From contig VRVR01000011.1 in assembly GCA_009859145.1 (NCBI GenBank), positions 136,097 to 200,096 on the forward strand: a DNA stretch of 64,000 nt, read 5' to 3'. This DNA comes from Andalucia godoyi And28. Taxonomy: Eukaryota; Protista; Jakobida. Positions 30,440 to 42,100 of the stretch are shown here, piece after piece. Each line of letters opens with the position of its first letter. Positions within the stretch are counted from its first letter, which is position 1. The notes under the pieces are model-generated. The model searched no databases and had not been told where the DNA came from. It worked only from the letters and a program-made list of their open reading frames with translations. The translations under genes and the position numbers were made by a program.

Positions 30440-32620
30440 ATGGATATGAATTTTGAAGGGCTTCTTCCGTCGGAGCCGTCCGCTGACTATGATCCAGCTG
30501 ACTCGGTACAGGCACCAAGCCAGCTGCAACCGGCAAATGAGCGCTCTGTGCATCCGTTTTCTTTTGATTTCCACCAGAATAAGACCATGGATGCGCGGTC
30601 AAATGACGAGTATGTGAAACTCCGCCAGGCATTCGAACGGGAACAGAAAATCAACCAGGACCAGTTTGAGCAGATGTGCAAAATGACGCAGCAGCTCAAC
30701 GCAATGCACCAACAGATGTCGCAGGATCAAACCAAATCGATACGCCAAAAGAACGAAATGACAGAAATGCAAAGGAAAAGCAGGATACTGTCTAAAATTG
30801 TGGCGTCCGAAGAGATGCTCGCCGAAAAGATACACCTCAAGCAAGAGGAAAGCAATTCGAAGATCAGAGAACTGTACGCTCGGAATTCTGAGCTCAGAGG
30901 GCAAATCGTTGTTCTGTCAAGACAAATGAAGGAAGTCGATACCGAAAAGGAAAGGAAGGCGAAGCACATGGAAGTTATGTCCAAAGACCTGCAGGCCGTG
31001 CAATCGGAAAAAGAAGAACTGCAGCTTCGGCTGCACGAATGGTCTAGAAAATGGACAGCAAGAGAAGAAAACATGAAAAAAGTGGCGGTGCTTGTCCAGA
31101 CATTACAATCCAAACTGGATATGATGACACAAAATCAGCTCGTTCTCGCAAAGCAAGTCAACGAGCTCAGAGAGTGGATTTCGCAAGCCAAGAATCCGTA
31201 CGAGCTTGACAAGGAACTCATCGATGAAACGGAAAAGCGAAAGTGGAATGAAACAACTGTGAAGCAGCTGCAACAAGACGTGGATAGACTGCGAGCTGCG
31301 CTGGAGATTGCACACACCACAATCGGAGACAACAAGAAGGTGATCTATGATCTGCAGCACGAGACAGAACGAAAATCGGAAGTCATCGCGTCTCTGGAGG
31401 CTCTGCCAAGTCGTAGTGTCGCTGGTGGAGAAATCAGGTCTCCTTCGAAACTGGCCAGGACCTCCTCCGGGAGAGACGGAAAGTATCTCAATCCTGATCA
31501 AAAGAAGAGTGAATCGATTGGAAGAGAATCGGGGGACAGGAGTGAAAATGACGTTTTTGACAAGGTTAAAGACCACGAGGACGGGGACGAGGACGGGGAC
31601 GAGGACGGGGACGAGGACGAGGATGAGGATGAGCGAGAGGTAGTGGTGCTCACTTTGGGCAAGGAGCTATTTGATGCACAGAAGAGACTGGAAACACTGG
31701 AGAGGCAGCACAGAGACAAAGTCGACGATGCTAAAATCTTGTCCAGGAAGCTGGACGCCGCAGACTCTTTGAAGGAGAAGTACGAATTCGAAAGAAATCA
31801 AGCCGTGGAGGAGGTGAAGAGTCTCAAAGCACTCTACGAGAAAACAGCGCGTTCTGAAGAGGCCTATTTTCGCAAAATTCAAGAGCTGGAGGAGAAGCTA
31901 AGGAAGGTCAAGCAGCTGCCAAAGGAGAACAAAGAACTTGAAGGACAAAGAGAAAAGGTTATGAAGGAGAATCGATCTCTGATCAACGTGAATGAAAAGC
32001 TGTCTAACGCTGCAAGGCGGGAACAAGCGAGAGCACAGGATCTTGCCAGTCATCTGGAGAATGCAAAAAGGCACATCGAGGATCTCGAAGGAGAGTGTGC
32101 CGTTCTCCGGAAAGCATCTTTGGATGCCGGTTCGCGAAATGAGCAACTTTCAGCTGATTTCAGGGCGCACGTTCGATCTGCGGACAAGAAAGAGGAGGAG
32201 TTGGTCCAGAGGTCTTCCTCTCTGCAGAAAGAACTGGAAGTGGTTCGGGATGTGAACAGAAAGCTATCCTCTCAAGCTGACCTTTTAGTTGCCGAAAAAA
32301 TCAACTTGCAAGATGCTCTTGATGCCGAACGAGCCGCACGGTTGGAAGCAGAGCTGAAGGGATATGTGAATCCTGAAGTGGAGGACGACAGTCCAGGAAA
32401 TGCACAGCAGGTCAAGGATTTGCGAGACAGAATGCGGCGTCTCGAAGAACTGCTGGAAACAGAAAGACGGAAATCCGAGGACCAGTCTGCTGAAATCGCG
32501 CAACTCCGTCGGCAGGCCGGTTTGTTTCAGACGCGACTGTCCGCTTTACAAGAGGAAAAGAGAGCATCGGAAGAAGAGTTATTCAACATTAAGGCGGCTG
32601 CATCTGGCAAAGAATCATAA
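30440..32620 (+). CDS. Long coiled-coil protein (726 aa)
   Basis: E/K/Q/L heptad-rich sequence throughout with an acidic DEDGDEDG insert; no specific family recognised. Confidence 0.8.
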   Translation: MDMNFEGLLPSEPSADYDPADSVQAPSQLQPANERSVHPFSFDFHQNKTMDARSNDEYVKLRQAFEREQKINQDQFEQMCKMTQQLNAMHQQMSQDQTKSIRQKNEMTEMQRKSRILSKIVASEEMLAEKIHLKQEESNSKIRELYARNSELRGQIVVLSRQMKEVDTEKERKAKHMEVMSKDLQAVQSEKEELQLRLHEWSRKWTAREENMKKVAVLVQTLQSKLDMMTQNQLVLAKQVNELREWISQAKNPYELDKELIDETEKRKWNETTVKQLQQDVDRLRAALEIAHTTIGDNKKVIYDLQHETERKSEVIASLEALPSRSVAGGEIRSPSKLARTSSGRDGKYLNPDQKKSESIGRESGDRSENDVFDKVKDHEDGDEDGDEDGDEDEDEDEREVVVLTLGKELFDAQKRLETLERQHRDKVDDAKILSRKLDAADSLKEKYEFERNQAVEEVKSLKALYEKTARSEEAYFRKIQELEEKLRKVKQLPKENKELEGQREKVMKENRSLINVNEKLSNAARREQARAQDLASHLENAKRHIEDLEGECAVLRKASLDAGSRNEQLSADFRAHVRSADKKEEELVQRSSSLQKELEVVRDVNRKLSSQADLLVAEKINLQDALDAERAARLEAELKGYVNPEVEDDSPGNAQQVKDLRDRMRRLEELLETERRKSEDQSAEIAQLRRQAGLFQTRLSALQEEKRASEEELFNIKAAASGKES

Positions 32621-33166
32621 CTGCATTCTTCTGAGTGCCGGGTTTTTTATTTTAAATACTAAATAAACAAATAACTTGCAAACTTCTTTTCTTCACCACC
32701 TGTCGCCCGCCCCGTCCCCGCCCCCGCCACTACCCCAATGCAATCATGATGCTTTATCCGTCCGTTCGACCTCCCGCCTGGAAAGTGAAAGAACAAGGAA
32801 CAAAAACACGCGTGGTGGAGACACGCCTCGAATAGTATGCTTCTACGGCGACTCAAGCATCCCACTTGAACACGTGGCCGTCAGATCAGAACTCGGGGCA
32901 GAAGTGATGCTTGATTCTAGAACAGACTTTCCTTTGCAGTGTTGTGCGCACCATATTCGATCCTACCAATCTCACACTCGCCAATTTTTCCATTTTTTCT
33001 TTTCTTTCGACTTTTCCTGTTGTTACTTGAACTTGCTTGCTCAACAAAAATAATAATATTATTATTAATAACAACAAAGAACAAAGAACAAAAAACGAAA
33101 AACACACATCTTACCTTCCCAAGTTTCTCTCGCATCCTTCAACTTTGTGCACTATTCTAGGAAAAT

Positions 33167-36100
33167 ATGGTGCGCATCAAAACACGCTTGAATGTTTCGA
33201 ACCCTGCTACTGAATTGCAGAAAGCCATTTCGCGGCTTGCGACTTGCAAGTCGAAGCAGGACTGGATCGCTGCGTGGAGCGATACCTCTGTGCTCCTTCA
33301 CGTGAAGTATAGCACGAGATCTCGACATGACTTGCTGTATTGGGTGCCTGTATTAAACGCACTTGATGCGTCTCTTGCGGACGCAGATCCGGAAGATGAG
33401 GAGTTCGTTGCTGTGCTTTTGCGCATTTTCCGCTACTTGCTTGTGAATGCTTCTCATTCCCACTATTTCTCGTCGTATGATACGTTGAGAAAGCTGTTGT
33501 TTTCGCCGAGCCTTCCTGTGCTGAACATGGCGCTGGATCTGCTACTTGTTCTTATTCGTCCGCCTTTTCGTGTTAAGGACCAAGAGTTTGCTCGCTTCAG
33601 TCCTCTTATCGCGGTTCTATCATATTCCCTTCCCAAGGATCCCATCGAGAAATATAGAGTCGGATCTATTGCGTTTTCGTCTTCCGAGGTTGTGCAAGTT
33701 CAGTCGTATGCGCAATTGGAGTCGTGGTTTTCTACAATTGGGGCCAAGGAGGCTGGGGAAGACCGGGAAGAATTCAAATTTGCTGTCTGGATTCGCATTC
33801 TTCAGATTAGATGCGAGACAATCTCTTCTGATCGGTTGCATGACTATTGGAGCCAAATTCGTTTTCGCGCTTGTTCCATCCTGTCCTTTGATCGCAGCAA
33901 CCTCACTTCGGTAATTACCGTGTTCCATTTTCATCCGAATTTGTTAGATGAAATTTGCGATATCCTACTGTCCCCGTCGGCTCTTTTTACTGTCAAGACT
34001 GCTGCCGTCGAGTGCCTCTCCGGTTTGTTCATCGATATGGATCGGTCGGAAGTGGAAAGCGCATTGCAGCAGACACAACTCGGCGAGTTTTCTGGAGTGT
34101 TCCCGACATTTCTGCGAAACAAGGCGTATTTGGTTGTGGACAATCTTCCTTTTTTGGAATCTCTCCTGGAATGTTTCATCCTCCTTTCTCAGTCTAGCAC
34201 AGGCCTGAAAGCTCTGCAATCTTCAAAGCTGATCGATTTCTATGCCAATTATTTCTTGTCCTTGTCGGGAGACGACATCATATCTTTTGCAAAGATTTGT
34301 TCCCCAGTACTCGATCTCCTGGAAACGTTTCTGAGTCCGGGGCTTAATATTCCTTTCCCCTTCATTGATCTTGAACTGAAGTTTCTTCACACATGCGTTG
34401 AGTGGCTGAAGTTACGCCACTTTGATCAGCAGTCTCAGTTCAGCGATGTATCCTTTGCGTGTATGCAGTCGTGTTTAATACCGGCTCTAACAGCTGTTTG
34501 TGTCGCGCTGCAGAGTTCGCAAGGAAATTCTTTTCGCGCAGCGGTCATTGCATCGCATTTCGTTGCTGATTTGGATTTTCTGCTTTCAAATTTCACGGCC
34601 TTCGATGGAATTGTCGTTTCGTTTGTTGTGAGTGCACTTTCAGCCTTTCTGCAACAATCTCCTACATCCATCCCAAATCTCCTTCCGACTGGAATTTTAC
34701 AAAGGGTCTTTGATATCTTTTCTCTTCCGGCCGACCAGCTGCTGATGGAAACCGTAGTGGTGTCCATGCGTTTTGTGAGCTCTGTGTGTCTGATGGAGGA
34801 AGGCCGGGCTCTTTTCCGGCAAAACGGGCAGCTGTCTGCTTTGTCCAAGTTCTTTACGGATCCATCATATTCTCTCATCGCAAGTGGGAAGTGCGCTGTG
34901 ACTCTTGGAATACATATCGAAGAGTTTATTCGCCACAATCCGGAATTTGTGATGGATGCAGCAGGTCAGTTGCATGGGATTTTGATGTCGTTGGTTTCCC
35001 TTATCACGGACGTCTGCGGTCCCAAGACAGCGGCAGCAGATCTGGAGACGGTGAAACTGATGGCGTACAATGTTGTTCGCGTTCTTGACCCGGTATTCTC
35101 CTCTCGAACTTCAATTACTCTGACTCTCGTTGAAAAGGGCTCGCTGTCCGCGATTGCAAATTTGCTGACGAACGAAACGGTGCTGACCGTTTTCGGAGAC
35201 ACCTTGAGCCAACTTGTCAAGCTTTTTGCTGGCCCTGTGGGGACTCGCACAGCCTCGTCGGTCTCCATCTTGAACGAGCTCTGTAAATCCGTTTTGTCCT
35301 CTCCGCATCCCACAAATGTCAAGCTACTCATTGTCGAAAAGTGTCTTTCCATTCTGCTGATCGCTGTACAGGATGCGCGCTCGCATGATCCGCAACTGCT
35401 GGAGTCCATTTACCGCGTCCTTCCTTTGCTAAAAGTTCCTGTTTCTGTGTTTACACCGAATGCGAAGCCCGTTGTCGATCGCGAAGTGTTCAGGTTTTTC
35501 CGAACAGTGCGCTCGTTTGTTTTGCATGTTGTGGGCAGAACGTCTCGCCTCGCGGACAGTGAGTCTCTTCGGTTTGTGCAGCCAACTTGCTTGCTTTTTG
35601 CAGATCTAGATCCATCTTGCATTAAGCTCGCATCATCGTTATTCGATGAGAGCGGCAGGTTCCCGAAGCTTGAGGTGTTGTTTGACGCGTTTTTCTCTGC
35701 GTTGAACGCGCGTCTTTCAGTGCAGACCGAGGCGACACATCGGAAGGAAATTGCGGCAGCAATACTCCCGTTTGTGGAGAAGGCATTTCGTTATCGTGCT
35801 GTTGCGTCATCCGCAGTGTTGGTTTCAAACAAGGAATTTTTAGGGAAGTGGCGAAATTACTGTGCACGGTTGGTGTTGATATTCAGAGATCATCAGCTGT
35901 GGGACGCATCGCTATGTGCAGTTTTGTCAGAAATTGCATTTACATTCGGAAAGCAGTGGGATTCGCTGGTGTCACCGTCGACGGACGCCGAACCGACGTC
36001 CATTTCAGCGCCAGATGCGCCAGCGATTCCTCGACGGTCACAAACCGAGCGTCGCGCAGCCAGGAGTGCGCAACGCGAAGGACAGGTACAGTCGTTTGTG

Positions 36101-39100
36101 CAGCAATTGACTGGGATGGGTTTCACGGAAGTGCAAGCGCGCAATGGTCTCCGCAATGTCGAATACGGAGATGTTGTGGAAGCCATGGAGTGGATTCTTT
36201 CACATCCGTATCAATCTTTGGAGGAATCTTCCGAATCAACCCGTCCAGAAAGTGCGCTGGAAGCCAGCGCGATTTCAGAAACATCCGCAAATTTGTCTGC
36301 GGACGTTGTGGTCCCAGAGGGCGCTTCTGCGCTGCCATTGGTTGTGGATACACAAGGGACAGCGACAGGTTCTTCTGCCCCCTTTGTTGACGAACTTGTG
36401 CAAACGTTGAATGCTACGATAATGTCCGTGTTGACGCGAGAAGACTCCGTTCACGAGTCGCGGACCGCATGTCTCTTGCACCTTGCAAACTTCGTTTCGG
36501 GAGCAATGAATAAGGAGAGCTTGCGATCCTCAATTGACGTGGCCTCGTTTTACAGGAACATTCAGTTTTGTTCCGTGCTTGCTAACAAGTCTGCTGTATT
36601 CAGAGCGACGCTTGGTGAAGAGTTTTTCAGTGCCATGCATCACAGTTTCGTGAATATGCTGACTCAAGCAAAGTATTCTGATGACCTTGCCCACGATGTT
36701 GCTTCAATTCTTCTGCTCCTCCGCTGGGATCCGTCGGGAGCTCATCAATTAGCCGTTTTTGCGAAGACTGCGTTTTCGGTGTTTTGTTCGTCGATGATCG
36801 TTGTCTATGCATTCCTCCAAAGTGCTGTGCATGTCTGCCGACAGAGCTTTTCTGACGCAAATCTTATTGGAGAGGCGATCAGCCTGGATGCTATCTTTTC
36901 AGTCCCCCAGATCGCAAAATTTGACCGGTTCCCAGTTCTATTAAGCGCATTGCTTCGATTGACATCCGAAGATGAGGTAACTCTGCAGCAATCCATGGAA
37001 TTTGAAATTCGACGAATTGTCACCGCCTCCAAAGCAAAGGTGTTTGCGGACCTGGCCACGTTTTCTTCGCTTGCATCCCGTTCTTCCGTGATTTTTGAGA
37101 AGGCTCTTCTGCGGACGTGCATTGCGGTCGAAGGAGGAATCCGACTGAAGACTCGAGATGAAGTAGAAGGTCCATATTCAAATCTTTCATGTAGTAGACG
37201 GTTGAGAGTTGTCGTCGAAAGGTTGATTTCCTTCCTCGTGGATTCAGTGGCTGCTCAAAACAGCACTGTGGTCTTGCAGCCGGAGGAGGTATGTGTGTTG
37301 TTGTCGGATTTCGTTGCAGCTTATCCTGTTGCAGGCCCTTTGGTTGTGTCTGACGAACGAATATTTTCGACATTATTTTCTCTCAATTTGACGGATCGTC
37401 ACGTTGGCAATCTGTTGGTTCTGCTTTGCGGTCGCACTCCCAGCGTTACACTTTCCCATCTGTTGCTTTTCCTGAAGAGTGCGACAGACGTTGATTCGAT
37501 TTCCAAAGTCTTATCATTTCTTGTAACATTGATCAATCCGAAGCGGTCTTCCAGTTTCCGGTCCAAGGATTTGCTGTATTTGATGATTTTCCTCGGTTTT
37601 CCATCGGTGCTGATTTCGCTGCCGCAAAAATGCAATTTTTCGGTGCCAATTGTGAACACGTTGACTCGATGCTTATCTGTGCTGACCAAACCAGAGAATG
37701 TTCAAGTATCTCTTGTTAAGAACCGTGAAAAGTACGAGGCGTTGCTTGTTCAGGGAAGGAGGAGGGAGAAGGTGCATTTCTCGAATGAGGAGGGCGAATT
37801 TTCTTTTGTGCACGAGCCCGGCGAGGATTCCGATTTTTCGGCCATCAATGACAGAAGACTGGACAGCCCGGTGGAAGCAGGGTCTGCAGAAGAAGACTCC
37901 GGCAACGACGAGGAGGGCGAGGATACAGACGGGAACGGTGGAGTAGAAGAAATTACAATTCTTGACCAGGACGGAAACCCTATAGACATCTTGGACGAAT
38001 CCAGTGATGATGATTCGAACACTGATTCGAACGATTCTGTTTCCGATGGAGAGAATTCCGACGAGGATCTTGATGGAGATGGAGAAGGAATGGACACGAG
38101 TCAGGATATCATTCTGCAAGAAGTCGACCGCGGAGCCCATTTCCCGGGAGACGACATTGGAATTCAGTCAGATGATGATCTCAATGGAGATGACGACGAC
38201 GACGATGATGATGATGACGACGACGATGACGAAGAAGAAGATGGAGATCGAAACAGAAATGAGCATGGCTCTGCGGATGTCGATAACATGGACCGTGCCA
38301 TGGAGGACGTTCTTGCAGATCTGGGTGAGAATGGGGATCCTACGCAAAGTGGCGATGCTGCGTATGTTTCGGAGGGTGCATATGATGACGTGCATATGGA
38401 GTTCGTCCTTGAAGACGACGATTTGTTTGACTTCGCGATTGAAAGTCCTGCGGACATTTTAGATTTGTGGGATAGCGAAATCGGTTTCCAGCGCCGTCGA
38501 TCGCAGCCCGATCAAGAGTTTGCGCCTGCCATCAACGTTGCAGAACAGGAGATTGGGTTTCCACGGTCTTATGATCCTGCGTTAGCGTCTATTTTGCTTG
38601 ATGAGGATGTTGATCCAACGCCAGTGAGAGTCGATGTGATTGGAAACAGCGACATCCGAAGATCGCAATCAATGGATGTTGATGACATTTTGGAGCCACC
38701 CACTCCTGCTGTTGCGGCTGGTGCTTCCGCGTCCACGATAGAGGCTGATGGAAATTCTGCGCTGCCCTATGAGCGATCTGCCGTTGTGCATCCTTTCCTT
38801 ACTCGATTGTCGGCAGTAGAGAATGAACGCGCACGCCGCGCTTCGCAACCTCAAAGTGGCCGTGCTGCTCCGGCAATATTTTTCGAAGACGTCCTCTTGG
38901 ATCTACACAGCCGTCGTCCGATTGCGGGTCGAAGCAATCGACCTCACACGCACGTGGATGCGTCTTCTGTTCGCTGGTCGTATGGTTTGGAGGACGATGC
39001 AGAAACCTCTTCCTCTCCAGACGTTATGCCCTTGCTGGAGCGAGTCTTTTCGCAGATGTCTCATGAGCATCCACACCCACCTTCTCAGCCCCAACCGTCT

Positions 39101-42100
39101 ACCGAACTTCCTCCTGCCGTCATTTCCTCGGCCTCCACAGGTTCTGTTGCTGCCGCCAGTGCTGTGCCGGATGCTTTCACAGGCGTCGCCGCGGCTGCGG
39201 AAGTGATTGCGCCGGATGTGAGCAATTCGCAGCCTGTCAATCCAGCTACATCAAGTGTTGCAGACGAGCAAAGTGAATTGCAGAGCTTGAGGACACAAGC
39301 AGTGTCTCTGGGGATTGACCAGGATTTTGTAGATGCGCTTCCGCTCGAGCTTTTGCGAGATGTTGTTATGGAGAGGAATCGCGATCGCGATCGCGCTGCA
39401 GCTGCAGCAGCCACGGCAGCTCCAGTGGCGTCTTCAGTCGCTGAATCCTCTGCCGCTGCGTTGAATGTGTCGGATGTTTCTGCAAGAGCGGCGGACGACG
39501 GTTCCCATGTTCATAACGAGATTCAGTCGCAACGAGAGGCAGTAATTTCTGGAGACATTGATGCAGAATTTCTTGCAGCTCTTCCACCCGAACTGCAGGC
39601 GGAGGTTTTAGAACAACAGCGTTTGTTGCAACAACGTGCAGCCGAGCCCAGTTCTCCTCCAGCACGAGGGCCTGAAGATATGGACACCGCGTCGTTTATT
39701 GTTTCTCTGCCTCCAGAATTGCGAGAAGATATTTTGCTCACCACGGATCCTGCAGTTATCCTCCAGTTACCGCCACATATCCAAGCTGAAGCTCGCGCAC
39801 TGCGAGAGCGTGGTGCTCGAAGTCTTCACTCGGGGCATGGTCTTCCTCGTGTTGTCGCCTCTCATGCGGGCTCTTTCAGCATTGTTAGGGACGGCAACAA
39901 CGACGACGACGATGACGACGACGACGACGATGATGATGACGATGATAACGACGACAACGATGAGGTCGAAGACGATGATCGACATCTCGCACCCTTCCAA
40001 ATTGATGATATTGGAATGGAAGAGGATGAAGATGATACGCTGGTCAGTCCTGCAGGGGGTTCACGTCGACATGGCAGGACGCTTGCGGATAAGAAATCTG
40101 CGGCATCAAACTCGTCCGCTGCTGCTTCTCCCGAGTTCGCGTCTCTGCTCACAAAACTGTTGGCAGACGCGGATGTGATCGCCTGCTTGCAGTTGGAGCG
40201 GATTCCGAGTGATTCCGACTCCACGAAGTTTTGCCTCGGAGATGTGGCGGATTCCTTCTTGTCAAAGCCTGATATTTACTCTCTTGTCCGCATCTTGTTC
40301 ATTGCAGATCCTTTGCAATCCCAAGACCTTGAAGTTATTTTCGTGAACCTCATGACAATTCCCGAGACATCGGCGCTCATCGTTTCTGCCTTGATCTCTG
40401 TGATATCTCCGTCGTTTTCGGAAGGACCGCTGCTAATCCAGAGCAATGATCGCCATCTATTGGATCTTAAGCCATTTGTGGCTGCATTCGACAAAGGAGA
40501 TGTGTCTGTAGCTGTTCGTCGCGCAACCGCAGTTTTGTTCAGTGCTCTGCAGTCCAAGTCGCTGAACGTTCCGTCATTTTTGCTACGATCGGCCCATCCC
40601 ATTTCGGATGGTGATTTTCGCGAATTTCTGAGATTGATTGCAGACGGCTGTTTCTCTGGCCCCCAGTTGGTGGATGATCCCCGTGCGCACAATCTGTCAT
40701 TCAACGGATTCGTTCTCCCTCTTACGTACTTGTTTGACGTGATTCGCGATATTCCGCACGAGTCTTTGATCAATTGTGTCAAGCTGGTTTCTTCTTGCAT
40801 CCGATTTATCGAAAAGAAGTCGTCGGCGTTATTGAAAACCTTTCTGCGGGGCTTGGAGTTGCACAAAGGAGTTGCGGATGAAGTCGTGAAGGACAGGCTG
40901 GCTACCACGCTTCGACACGCGTTGTTGTTTTCAGTGTCGCAGAGCATCCGCAAGGAATCCGTACGTGCTTTGGTGGATCTTCTTTGTACACATCGGAATT
41001 CGGAAGCGCTGATGGGCGTCTCAAGACCTATCTTGCGGTGCATTGGAAGTTCTCCGGTATTGTGCCGGTTATTGTGTGAATGCGTTTGCGGGTTTGTGGA
41101 CCGATATGCGTCACAGATCGTGGCCGACACGTCCAACATTTCTGCAATTCGAGCCTTGCTGCGCGTCCTCAAGCTGTCGTCCTTGCTTCCGACGTCTTTG
41201 ATGCCTTTGCTGGAGGGGTCGGTGATTCTCAACGATCTCTGGAAGCGTATGGAGGACATTCCAGATCCTGCTTCGCGAGATGCATTAGTGGAAGCATATC
41301 TGACGCTTTGCACGATGGACGTGAAGCTACCCATGGCACCTCCCGAGTTCATTACGTCTGCAACACATCCGGTTGCAGGGGCGTCCCCCGAGTGGCATCG
41401 CCAAATGCACGCTTTCCTCGAAAAACATCGCCAAGCCGTGAATGATATTGTTTCTCGCAATCCCTCATTGTTGTCAAAGAAACCATTTGGAGTTTTGCTG
41501 AGCTTTCCCCGACAGCTTGATTTTGAGAACAAAGCCAATTGGTTCCGTGCGCAACTACGAAGGGCACTCAGACATTCCCCAGTGGATTCAGTTCGCATTA
41601 CTGTGCGTCGTCAGCACATTTTCGAAGATTCATTCTTTTCTTTACGTATCAAGACTCCTGAGGAGCTGCGCGGGCCTCTGACAGTGCGCTTTGACGGTGA
41701 GCAGGGCATCGACGCCGGTGGTGTGAGTCGTGAATGGTTCCTCGTTTTATCGCGAGAGATGTTCAATCCTAATTATGCTTTGTTCTGCGAATCGCACGAA
41801 TCTGCGACATTCCAGCCGAATCCGGCGTCGTACGTCAATCCGGATCACCTTGAGTATCTGCGGTTTGTCGGTAGGGTCGTTGGCCTTGCCATATTGAATG
41901 GCCATTTGTTGGACGCTTACTTTACACGGTCGTTCTTCAAGCACATGCTGGGAATACCGGTAACATATCACGATATTGCTTCGATTGATCCCGATTTTTA
42001 TAATTCGTTGAAGTGGACACTGGAAAACGATATTACGGGCGTCTTGGACTTGACGTTCACAAACGAAGTTGAAGAGTTTGGTGCGAAGAAGGTGACGGAG